From: Terriglobia bacterium
GTDB lineage: Bacteria > Acidobacteriota > Terriglobia > UBA7540
Direction: 5' to 3'
Assembly (NCBI GenBank): GCA_050018275.1
Contig: JBEKAK010000017.1
Coordinates: forward strand, 6,015-70,014
Length of the DNA: 64,000 nt
Part shown: positions 37,150 through 45,387 of the stretch, one piece after another
How the letters are laid out: the number at the start of each line of letters is the position of its first letter
How positions within the stretch are numbered: position 1 is the first letter of the stretch
Program-made: the position numbers and the translations under genes
The notes under the pieces: generated by a model
What the model was told of the DNA's origin: nothing
Seen by the model: the letters and a program-made list of their open reading frames with translations, nothing else
Database searches by the model: none

Positions 37150-38607
37150 GTGTCCTTGATGGGCCAAATTGCGCGAGCCTTGAGATTGACCCTTGTCGCA
37201 GGACTGGCAGTCCTGCTCGCGCGGTCAACTTTCTCGGCAGGGGCTGCGCTAACGGGCAAGGCTGACGAGCAACCTGACCTCGTGATCGTCCAAGCGCCCG
37301 TGCTGCAGTCCGGTACCCTCTCCCATCGATTCCCTCAGGGCAGTCGTCTCGTGCGGTTGGCCGGGAAAAGCCACTCCCCCCTCAATCTGACGCCGGATTT
37401 CTTCGCGGCGGGTGATCCCCGCATTTCCTTTGACGGCCTGCGCGTGCTTTTCGCGGGAGAAAAATCGTCTGACGCAAAGTGGCAGATCTGGGAAATGAAT
37501 GTCGACGGCTCCGACCAGCGCCAAGTCAGTCACTGCCCCGACGATTGCGTGAAGCCCGCCTACCTGCCTCATGGCGAGATCGTCTTCACGGCCCTTTCGG
37601 CGGCCACGACGGGCGTGACTTCCCAGCTCTGGGTGAGCAAGGTGGATGGATCCGACGCCCACCCCATCACCTTCGGGCCAGGTGACTTCCAGGTGGAGAC
37701 CGTCTTGAAGAATGGTGCGATCCTGGCGACTGCGCGATCGCCACTGCTCCCCACGGACGGACAGCCGGCCGACCGCCAGCTTTACACTCTGCGCCCCGAC
37801 GGCAGCGACCTCGCGACCCTGCGTTGCGACCATCAGCACGCCGCGGTTCGCAGTCAGGCAGAAGAACTCGACGACGGCTCCGTGGTTTTCGTCAAGACCC
37901 CGCTCAGCCAGGCCAGCCTGAGCGGAGAGCTCGCTTGGATTCGCCGCGGCGCCCTGCACAATGCACCGCTCACGTCGTCCCAGAGCCCGACTTTGTCACC
38001 GAACCCCCTGGCGGCGGAAAAGCTGGTTGTGGCGCGCGAACCCGGTAGCGCCAATCCCTCGGGAAAGAAACTCGCCCTTTACACCTTCGACGCGGCGCAG
38101 GGCAGGTTCGGAGCACTGATTTATGAGGACCCGAAACTCTCGAGCGTCGCCGCGGTACCGGTTGCAGCCCACGAACCTCCGCGCGGGTACTGGAGCACGC
38201 TGAACCCCGCGCTTCAGACCGGGTACTTCATTTGTATCGACGCGTACGAAGCCGAGGGCTTTCCCCACGGGCGGATGGCGGCGCTCTCCAATGTCCGCGT
38301 GCTGACGCTCGACCCCGAAACCCATCGAGAGAACAGCTTAGGGGAAGCGCCGATCGAGAAAGACGGCTCGTTCTACATCGCGGTGCCGCCGGACAAGCCG
38401 ATACGATTTGAAGTGCTCGACGCGGCAGGCCACATGGTCCGCGCGCAGCGGAGTTGGATCTGGTCGCGCTCGGGTGAGGAACACGGCTGCGTCGGCTGCC
38501 ACGAGGATCGCGCCCTGGCTCCGGAAAACCGCTGGCCGCTGGCATTGCGCCGCTTTGACACGCCCACGCCTCTGGGCGTGGAAGCTCATCCCGAGGCCGC
38601 ACATTGA
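37150..38607 (+). CDS. Periplasmic TolB-like beta-propeller protein with a C-terminal CxxCH haem-binding motif
   Basis: Signal peptide, then propeller-like repeats (DPRISFDGLRVLFAGE, WQIWEMNVDGSDQRQV, LWVSKVDGSDAHPIT, LYTLRPDGSDLATL). The C-terminal SWIWSRSGEEHGCVGCHEDR resembles the hydrazine-synthase-alpha middle-domain family as I recall it. Start is GTG 37150 or ATG 37159. Confidence 0.7.
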   Translation: MSLMGQIARALRLTLVAGLAVLLARSTFSAGAALTGKADEQPDLVIVQAPVLQSGTLSHRFPQGSRLVRLAGKSHSPLNLTPDFFAAGDPRISFDGLRVLFAGEKSSDAKWQIWEMNVDGSDQRQVSHCPDDCVKPAYLPHGEIVFTALSAATTGVTSQLWVSKVDGSDAHPITFGPGDFQVETVLKNGAILATARSPLLPTDGQPADRQLYTLRPDGSDLATLRCDHQHAAVRSQAEELDDGSVVFVKTPLSQASLSGELAWIRRGALHNAPLTSSQSPTLSPNPLAAEKLVVAREPGSANPSGKKLALYTFDAAQGRFGALIYEDPKLSSVAAVPVAAHEPPRGYWSTLNPALQTGYFICIDAYEAEGFPHGRMAALSNVRVLTLDPETHRENSLGEAPIEKDGSFYIAVPPDKPIRFEVLDAAGHMVRAQRSWIWSRSGEEHGCVGCHEDRALAPENRWPLALRRFDTPTPLGVEAHPEAAH

Positions 38608-38614
38608 GGTGGTG

Positions 38615-40312
38615 ATGAAGATTTCTCTGGCTCGCCAAGTCGTTCTCACAGTGGTTGCCGCCAGCTTGCTCTGGACGAGTCTGCGAGCGCCCGCCCAGAG
38701 CCCTCCACCCGCCTCGCTGCCGACTTACGAAGACGTCACGGAGAAGTCCGGCATCAACTTCAAGCATTCCTTCGGCGAGCAGAAGCTCAGCTCCATCATG
38801 GAGGCCACAGGTTCCGGGTGCGCTTGGATCGATTACAACAACGATGGGCTACTCGATCTCTATGTCGTAAGTGGCCGCTACCTGGATGGGGTCACGAAGT
38901 TTTCCAAGCCCGAGGGCGTGAACGCCACGAATCATCTTTACCGCAATAATGGGGACGGAACGTTTACGGACGTCACCAACCAAGCCGGCGTGGGTGGCAA
39001 AGGTTTCGGCATGGGCGTGACCGTTGGTGACTACGATAACGACGGCTACGAAGACATCTTCGTAACGAATTGGAATTCGTCAGTTCTCTACCACAACAAC
39101 GGCGACGGGACCTTTACGGACGTCACCGCGAAGGCCGGCGTTGAGAATCCTCACTTCGGCACCGGTGCGACGTGGATTGATTACGACCGGGACGGCAAGC
39201 TCGATCTCTACGTAGGCAACTACTTGAAGTTCGATCCCAATGCCAAGCGCGAGTACTTCACCGCCGACGCCTTCCCCGGCCCGCTGGACTACGAGGGCGA
39301 CGCCGATCGCCTCTTCCACAACAACGGCGACGGCACGTTTACGGACGTCTCGCACAAAGCCGGCATCGATAATCCCCTGGGCCGTGCCATGGGGATGACC
39401 GCCGGTGATTTCGACAACGACGGCTGGCCGGACATCTACATCGCCAACGACACGATGGAAAGCTACATGTACCACAACAATCACGACGGCACGTTCACGA
39501 ACGTGGCGTCGGACGTGAATACGGCCTTCGGAGCCAACGGTGAAGCCACCTCCGCCATGAACCCCATCTTCGGCGACTACGACAACGACGGTTGGCAGGA
39601 CCTGTTCGTCTCCGACATGCGCTACCACCGGCTGTTTCACAATCCCGGCCCCAAGGGCTTCTGGCTCGACACCACGGTGGAAACGGGCGTGGCGGCGGTT
39701 TCCGGTCAATACGTAGCGTGGGGTGACGGTTTCTACGACTACGACAACGACGGCTGGAAAGACATCTTGGTGGTGAATGGCGGCCTGCACTGGCTGATTC
39801 CCATGGAAGATTCCCTGCTCCGTAATAACGGCGACTCGACGTTCACGGATGTGTCATCGCAATCGGGCGACTATTTCAAGTTTAAGAAGGTCGGCCGTGG
39901 CGCCTGCTTTGCGGATTACGACAACGACGGTTACATGGACACCTTCATCGTGGTGCTGGGCGGCAAGGGCATTTTGCTGCACGCCCATCCACCCACGGCC
40001 GGCCCGCGCAATCACTGGCTGACCATCAAGTTGGTCGGCACCAAAAGCAATCGCGATGGCTATGGCGCACGCCTGGAGGCCATCGCCGGTGACTCGCACC
40101 AATACATTCAGGCGGTTGCCGAGAACGGCTACCTTTCCCAGGGCGACCCACGGCCGCACTTCGGCTTGGGCCAACACGCACAAGTGGACAAGCTCATCAT
40201 CCGGTGGCCGAGCGGCACAGAGCAGGTGCTGGAGCACGTGAAAACGGACCAGATCTTGACCGTGAAAGAACCCAACAACAGCAGTCCTGCGGCAGGGGGC
40301 AAGGGGCGATGA
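38615..40312 (+). CDS. CRTAC1-family protein (FG-GAP/VCBS repeats plus ASPIC/UnbV domain)
   Basis: Repeated NNGDGTFTDV...GDYDNDGxxD units and a C-terminal SNRDGYGARLEAIAGDSHQYIQAVAENGYLSQGDPRPHFGLG. Start at MKISLARQ (ATG 38615) after GAGGTGG. Confidence 0.85.
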   Translation: MKISLARQVVLTVVAASLLWTSLRAPAQSPPPASLPTYEDVTEKSGINFKHSFGEQKLSSIMEATGSGCAWIDYNNDGLLDLYVVSGRYLDGVTKFSKPEGVNATNHLYRNNGDGTFTDVTNQAGVGGKGFGMGVTVGDYDNDGYEDIFVTNWNSSVLYHNNGDGTFTDVTAKAGVENPHFGTGATWIDYDRDGKLDLYVGNYLKFDPNAKREYFTADAFPGPLDYEGDADRLFHNNGDGTFTDVSHKAGIDNPLGRAMGMTAGDFDNDGWPDIYIANDTMESYMYHNNHDGTFTNVASDVNTAFGANGEATSAMNPIFGDYDNDGWQDLFVSDMRYHRLFHNPGPKGFWLDTTVETGVAAVSGQYVAWGDGFYDYDNDGWKDILVVNGGLHWLIPMEDSLLRNNGDSTFTDVSSQSGDYFKFKKVGRGACFADYDNDGYMDTFIVVLGGKGILLHAHPPTAGPRNHWLTIKLVGTKSNRDGYGARLEAIAGDSHQYIQAVAENGYLSQGDPRPHFGLGQHAQVDKLIIRWPSGTEQVLEHVKTDQILTVKEPNNSSPAAGGKGR

Positions 40313-42264
40313 CGCGTCGCCGATCGCATTCGACAAATCGCTTGGGTCGGAGCCCATGGCTGGTTGCGGCGAGTTTTGTGGCGGGCGCGCTCCTCTGGGC
40401 GACGCAAATTCCCTCCCCTATCGCCGCGCCTCTCAGCGCGCAGGCCGGCGCTGCAGCGGAACCCGAGTACGTGACGCCAGTCGAAATCAAACTCTCTGCG
40501 GACGGGAAAAAGCTCTTTGTGGTTTGCGAGGGCAATGATTCCGTTCTGGCCGTTGACACGCGAACGAAACAGGTGGTTGGGCGCGCCAAGGTTGCCCACC
40601 AACCCAGAGGCCTTGCCCTTTCGCCAGACGGCAAGACCCTCTACGTGTCGAACGAATGGAGCGACACGGTCAGTGAAGTCGATGCGACTTCGTTCCAGGT
40701 GAGGCGCACTCTAAACACCGGCTGGGGGCCGGTCGGCCTGACCACGGATCGCGCCGGCAAAACGCTTTACGTCGCCAACAGCATCGCGGACAGCGTCTCG
40801 TTGATTGACCTGGCCTCGGGCAGCGAAATCAAGCGCTTCAGCACGCATCGCTATCCTGAGCAGGTGGCGCTCTCGCGCGATGGCCGGCGTGTCTACGTCT
40901 CGAACATCCTGCCCCACCTCGGATCTTACGATCAGCCACCGGTTTCGGAGTTGCTCGCCCTCGACGCGACAAAGCAAGTGGTTGCGGAGCGCATTCTGAT
41001 TCCTGGCGTGATCGAATTGCGCCATATCGCCGAAGCACCGCCCCAGCTCGGCGGATATCTGCTGGTTCCCTTCGTGCGGCCGAAAAATCTCGGGCCGCTC
41101 ATCCGGGTGAGCCAGGGCTGGGTGCTGACGCACGGCATGGCGGTGGTTCGCCCCGCGCTGCACGAACCGGTGGGCGAAGCGGAATCGAAGGTAACGCAGG
41201 TTTTGCTCGACGACATCGATTATTACTTTGCCGGCAATGACGGGGTCGCTTTTGCGCCGGACGGTCGCCGAGCGCTTGTAACCTCCTCTGAGGCCAACTT
41301 CGTCTCCGTGCTCGATACCGCCAAACTCGCGCGCCGCCTGCAGCAGGTCCCCGCGGAGGAACTCGCGGACCGGCTCGATTCTGCCCTCACCTTCGTCCTA
41401 GCACGCCTGGCAACCGGCCACAACCCGACCGCGGTCGCGGTTTCTCCTGACGGCCTTCGGGCCTATGTCGCGAATCGTCTGGACGATTCCCTGACGGTTG
41501 TGGATCTGGCGCACCTGAAGGTCGCAGCCACGATCGATCTGGGCGGACCGAAATCCATCACACCGATGCGGCGAGGCGAGCAATTGTTCTTTTCCGCAAA
41601 GTATTGCTTCCAGGGCCAGTTCGCCTGCGGCACCTGCCATCCGAACTCGCACCTGGATGGCCTGGCGTGGAATCTTGAGACGCCGCAACTAGGGCGCGAC
41701 CGCGTGGCCAACCGCACCCTACGGGGAATTCGCGACACGGCGCCTTACAAGTGGAATGGCCACAATCCTGACCTCGCCACGCAATGCGGTCCACGCATCG
41801 CCAAGTTTCTGTTCCGCTCGGAGGGATTCAACACCCAGGAACTGGAGGCGCTGCTCACTTACATCAACAACATTCCGTTGGCGCCCAACCGCCATCTCGC
41901 GCCCGATGGACAGTATACGGAGGCACAGGAGCGCGGCAAAGCCATCTTCTACCGCCGGCACACGAACGACGGCCGCGTGATTCCCGTCCAGAGCCGCTGC
42001 GACACGTGCCACCCGACGGAGACGCATTACACCAACCGCATCAGCACGGAGGTGGGCTCCGCCACCAAGTACGACACCAGCGGATTGCTCGACACCCCGC
42101 AGCTCGACCGCGTCTACGAAGACGCGCCCTACCTGCACAATGGCGAGGCGCTGACGTTGGAAGAAATCTGGACAGTGTTCAATAACTACGACACGCACGG
42201 CATTACCTCGGACATGAGCAAGGAGCAGTTGAACGACCTTATAGAGTTCCTAAAGACGTTGTAG
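40309..42264 (+). CDS. YVTN-type beta-propeller fused to a di-haem cytochrome c peroxidase (CCP/MauG)-like domain
   Basis: Propeller repeats (PRGLALSPDGKTLYVSN, PVGLTTDRAGKTLYVAN, PEQVALSRDGRRVYVSN, PTAVAVSPDGLRAYVAN) and two haem motifs, CGTCH and CDTCH. ATG 40309 overlaps the upstream TGA (ATGA). Confidence 0.85.
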   Translation: MTRRRSHSTNRLGRSPWLVAASFVAGALLWATQIPSPIAAPLSAQAGAAAEPEYVTPVEIKLSADGKKLFVVCEGNDSVLAVDTRTKQVVGRAKVAHQPRGLALSPDGKTLYVSNEWSDTVSEVDATSFQVRRTLNTGWGPVGLTTDRAGKTLYVANSIADSVSLIDLASGSEIKRFSTHRYPEQVALSRDGRRVYVSNILPHLGSYDQPPVSELLALDATKQVVAERILIPGVIELRHIAEAPPQLGGYLLVPFVRPKNLGPLIRVSQGWVLTHGMAVVRPALHEPVGEAESKVTQVLLDDIDYYFAGNDGVAFAPDGRRALVTSSEANFVSVLDTAKLARRLQQVPAEELADRLDSALTFVLARLATGHNPTAVAVSPDGLRAYVANRLDDSLTVVDLAHLKVAATIDLGGPKSITPMRRGEQLFFSAKYCFQGQFACGTCHPNSHLDGLAWNLETPQLGRDRVANRTLRGIRDTAPYKWNGHNPDLATQCGPRIAKFLFRSEGFNTQELEALLTYINNIPLAPNRHLAPDGQYTEAQERGKAIFYRRHTNDGRVIPVQSRCDTCHPTETHYTNRISTEVGSATKYDTSGLLDTPQLDRVYEDAPYLHNGEALTLEEIWTVFNNYDTHGITSDMSKEQLNDLIEFLKTL

Positions 42265-42270
42265 GGCCGG

Positions 42271-42317
42271 CAAAGAGCAAGTCAAAAGGCAAAGTGCAAA
42301 ACGCAAATGGCAAAACC
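42271..42317. repeat. Left inverted repeat of the four-helix-bundle cassette, built of GCAAAAN heptamers
   Basis: CAAAGAGCAAGTCAAAAGGCAAAGTGCAAAACGCAAATGGCAAAACC. The 20-nt core AGAGCAAGTCAAAAGGCAAA (42274-42293) is the exact reverse complement of 42788-42807. Confidence 0.75.
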
Positions 42318-42710
42318 GCAGGACGGACGGCAAGGATCGAACAAAGGCGTGATCTGGATGAGCGCCTGCTGGAATACGCCGCGAGACTCATCAAACTGGT
42401 GGAGTCTTTACCAAACACGCTGGTCGGGCGGCGTGTGGCGGACCAACTCCTGCACAGTGGCACATCAGCAGGGGCGAACTACGAAGAGGCTAGAGGAGCT
42501 GAATCCAAAGATGATTTTGTCCACAAGCTCCAGATTGCCCTGAAGGAGTTGCGGGAGTCCAACTACCGGCTTCGGCTGCTCGTCAAGTCCGGGACGATGT
42601 GAGCAGAACGTATGGCCGGCCTGCTGGACGAATCGAATCAGTTGCGTGCGATCCTTTCGAAATCTGTCGCGACCGCCAAAGGAAAGGCGAGGGGAAACGA
42701 ACATGGTTAG
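42294..42710 (+). pseudogene. Four-helix-bundle protein (23S rRNA intervening-sequence protein / TIGR02436 family) with an in-frame TGA
   Basis: ADQLLHSGTSAGANYEEARGAESKDDFVHKLQIALKELRESNYRLRLLVKSGTM, then TGA at 42600-42602. The same frame continues AERMAGLLDESNQLRAILSKSVATAKGKARGNEHG to TAG 42708-42710, which is the expected fourth helix. Confidence 0.7.
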
Positions 42711-43926
42711 CCTTAGTTCCCGGCACTTACCGGCGACGGACCCCAGGTTGTTTTGGGGTTTCCACCTTTGCGTTTTGCGTCTTGCCTTTTGCCTTTTGAC
42801 TTGCTCTGTGACCTTCTCTTTCGCCGCCGAGCGGCCACACCTCATCACCCGCTGGGAGAACTACACCACCGCGAGTGGCATGCCGGACGCTAAGGTTTTT
42901 TGCGTCACCGTGGACGGCAGCCGCGTATGGGCAGGGACGGAAGACGGCCTGGTGCTCATCGAGAACGGCAAAGTGGCGAAGGTTTTCAAGCCCGAGGACG
43001 GACTGCCGCACCGCGCAGTGATGGGCATCGCGGTGGACAAGAACACGGGCGACCTGTGGATCGCCACCTTCGGCGGCATCAGCCACTTCAGCGGCGGCCA
43101 CTTCGAGAACTTCAGGAACCTCACCAGCGGCCTGCTGAACGACATCTGCTACGGCATTGCCGTGGTCGACCAGTATGTCTGGGTGACCACCACGGCCGGC
43201 GTCAGCCGTTACAACACCTATAACGGCGAATGGACTAATTGGAGCGAGAAGAACGCACCGTTCCATGAGCCGTGGTCCTACGGGGTCGCGCCGGCCGGAG
43301 ACAAAATTTACTTCGCGATCTGGGGCGGCGGATTGCTCGAGTACGACGTGAAAGGCAACTACTGGAAGCCCTACACCGATCCAGACGAGGAAATGGAAAT
43401 CGTGCTCTTCCGCAACCAGGGACTGGTTCACATCATTGTCTCCAACGTCACCTGGAATCCCGACACCAAGATGGTGTGGGCATCCACGTATTTTGGCTTG
43501 AGTGGATATGACGGCCGCAACTGGCACAACTACCTGACCAAGGACAGCGGCCTCGCGTCGGATTTCATCAACGCTCCCAAGTCGCGTCGCAACGAGGTTT
43601 GGGCCTGCACGGACAAGGGGCTGAGCATGCTCGATTACCCAACCAACACCTGGGTCAGTTACCGGCCCAGCCAACCGAAGGGCCAGGGCGAAATTGAGAT
43701 TACCTGGCCGAACGGCAAGAAGGAAAAACTTGCAACACCTACCGCCCTCGCACACAACTACATCCTGAACATGGATTTTCAGGGTGAAGACATCTGGGTG
43801 GCCACAGCCCAAGGGCTGAGCCACGGAATTCGCGAACCTCAGAAGGAGGCTCAACTTTATGCCAACGCCAGAAACCATCGTAGCCCCGGAGACCTCGCAC
43901 CAAGCCATTCCCAAAAAGGCGATTAG
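42703..43926 (+). CDS. Two-component-regulator-propeller (Reg_prop)-like beta-propeller protein, secreted
   Basis: Repeats of the type VFCVTVDGSRVWAGTEDGL, VMGIAVDKNTGDLWIATFGGISHF, ICYGIAVVDQYVWVTTTAGVSRY and ILNMDFQGEDIWVATAQGLSH. Start chosen at MVSLSS (ATG 42703) after GAGGGG. The hydrophobic leader is encoded by the right IR. Confidence 0.7.
   Translation: MVSLSSRHLPATDPRLFWGFHLCVLRLAFCLLTCSVTFSFAAERPHLITRWENYTTASGMPDAKVFCVTVDGSRVWAGTEDGLVLIENGKVAKVFKPEDGLPHRAVMGIAVDKNTGDLWIATFGGISHFSGGHFENFRNLTSGLLNDICYGIAVVDQYVWVTTTAGVSRYNTYNGEWTNWSEKNAPFHEPWSYGVAPAGDKIYFAIWGGGLLEYDVKGNYWKPYTDPDEEMEIVLFRNQGLVHIIVSNVTWNPDTKMVWASTYFGLSGYDGRNWHNYLTKDSGLASDFINAPKSRRNEVWACTDKGLSMLDYPTNTWVSYRPSQPKGQGEIEITWPNGKKEKLATPTALAHNYILNMDFQGEDIWVATAQGLSHGIREPQKEAQLYANARNHRSPGDLAPSHSQKGD
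42755..42808. repeat. Right inverted repeat of the four-helix-bundle cassette, built of TTTTGCN heptamers
   Basis: GGGGTTTCCACCTTTGCGTTTTGCGTCTTGCCTTTTGCCTTTTGACTTGCTCTG. Its reverse complement aligns with 42271-42317, sharing 20-nt and 12-nt perfect blocks. Confidence 0.75.
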
Positions 43927-44383
43927 GGCGCCGGAGACCTTGAACGAAGCCTATGACTACGCCAAGCCTTCGTCGTTCTCTCGTGGGCTGCGGCTGGATA
44001 TTAAAGGCATCACGATCCTGCTGATCTCGGGCACGGCCAGCGTGGATGAGTATGGTCGAAGCATCCACGTGGGCGACTTCCGCGCCCAGACCTGGCGGAC
44101 GTACCAGAACATCACCAAGTTGCTCGAAGCCGAGGGCGCCACGTGGAAAGATATAGTCCGTACCACCTGCTATTTGCGCGACATCGAGCGCGACTACGAA
44201 GCCTTCAACGAGGTCCGGACCCAATTCTTCCGGGAGCAGGGGCTCAACCCGCTACCCGCCTCCACCGGCATCCAGGCGATTCTGTGCCGCCCGGACCTGC
44301 TCATCGAGATCGAGGCGATGGCAATCTTCGAGTCCGACCGTGGCGCCGGCAAGAACGGCGATCAACCCAAAAGCCCTGCGTGA
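43859..44383 (+). CDS. RidA/YjgF/L-PSP-fold protein with a GTAS motif (possibly chorismatase-like subfamily)
   Basis: [68 protein letters not shown]...LLIEIEAMA. Overlaps the preceding ORF by 68 nt. Confidence 0.75.
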   Translation: MPTPETIVAPETSHQAIPKKAIRAPETLNEAYDYAKPSSFSRGLRLDIKGITILLISGTASVDEYGRSIHVGDFRAQTWRTYQNITKLLEAEGATWKDIVRTTCYLRDIERDYEAFNEVRTQFFREQGLNPLPASTGIQAILCRPDLLIEIEAMAIFESDRGAGKNGDQPKSPA

Positions 44384-44433
44384 TCTTGGGCGCCGGCCAT
44401 TGGGGGTTTCGCGTCGAGTCCAGATCGGGAAGG

Positions 44434-45327
44434 ATGGCCATGAAAATCGCTGGACAACTCACTCTGGATGATCTGCCACGTATCAGTCCGCTCCTAAGCC
44501 GCCAGACCAACCCCCAATACGGCGAGGACCGGACGCGCGTGGTGGAAGTGGGTGGCGTGCGCTTCGGCGACGGCCACCCGGTGGTGATCGGCGGGCCGTG
44601 CGCCGTGGAAAGCCACGACCAGACGTTGGCCGTGGCGCGAGCCGTGAAACGCGCGGGGGGCAACATGTTACGGGGCGGCGCTTACAAGCCCCGTACCTCT
44701 CCCCACGACTTCCAGGGCACAGGCATCGAGGGTCTCTGCATCCTGCGCATCGCGCGCGAGGAAACCGGCCTGCCCATTGTCACCGAGGTCATGGACACAC
44801 GACTGGCGGAGCAGGTGGCCGAGTACGCGGATATGCTGCAGATTGGCTCCCGCAACATGCAGAACTATCCGCTGCTGGCGGAAGTGGGGCGCACCGGCAA
44901 GCCCGTGCTCCTGAAGCGCGGCATGGCGGCAAGCCTCTGCGAGTGGCTGGGCGCCGCGGAGTACATTGCCAAGCAAGGCAATCTCAACATCGTTCTCTGC
45001 GAGCGCGGCATCAAGGCGTTTGCAGCCGGAGAATACTCGCGCTTCGTGCTCGACTTGAACGTCATCCCCGCTGTGCTGGCGAACACCTTCCTGCCCGTGA
45101 TCGTCGATCCCAGCCACGCGACGGGCGTTGCCGCTATGGTCGAGCCCGCCAGCCGCGCGGCGCTGGAGTTCGGCAGCCACGGGCTGATGATTGAAGTCGC
45201 CGATTTCGCCACCGGGCGTCCGCGCTGCGATGCCGCCCAGGCGATCGACGGCGAAACCCTGGAGCGCATCGTAAAGTTCGCCCACGCTCACCACGAGCGC
45301 CTGCTCGTACAGCAAGCGGTGGCCTGA
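44434..45327 (+). CDS. 3-deoxy-7-phosphoheptulonate (DAHP) synthase, type I-beta
   Basis: [36 protein letters not shown] and [10 protein letters not shown]. The start is ATG 44434 or, better spaced from GGGAAGGA, ATG 44440. The track ORF from 44143 is an upstream read-in. Confidence 0.9.
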   Translation: MAMKIAGQLTLDDLPRISPLLSRQTNPQYGEDRTRVVEVGGVRFGDGHPVVIGGPCAVESHDQTLAVARAVKRAGGNMLRGGAYKPRTSPHDFQGTGIEGLCILRIAREETGLPIVTEVMDTRLAEQVAEYADMLQIGSRNMQNYPLLAEVGRTGKPVLLKRGMAASLCEWLGAAEYIAKQGNLNIVLCERGIKAFAAGEYSRFVLDLNVIPAVLANTFLPVIVDPSHATGVAAMVEPASRAALEFGSHGLMIEVADFATGRPRCDAAQAIDGETLERIVKFAHAHHERLLVQQAVA

Positions 45328-45387
45328 CGTGATCTCTCGCGCCGTGCGGCCTTGCGAATGCCGCGCCATGGACCTGGGGGAAATCCC

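Noticed and set aside
42271-42808. Diversity-generating retroelement, because the four-helix-bundle protein is Avd-like
   Set aside because: No reverse transcriptase, and no template/variable repeat pair with adenine-specific differences in the window.
42727-43914. 395-aa minus-strand ORF
   Set aside because: Antisense to the Reg_prop propeller gene, with no motifs.
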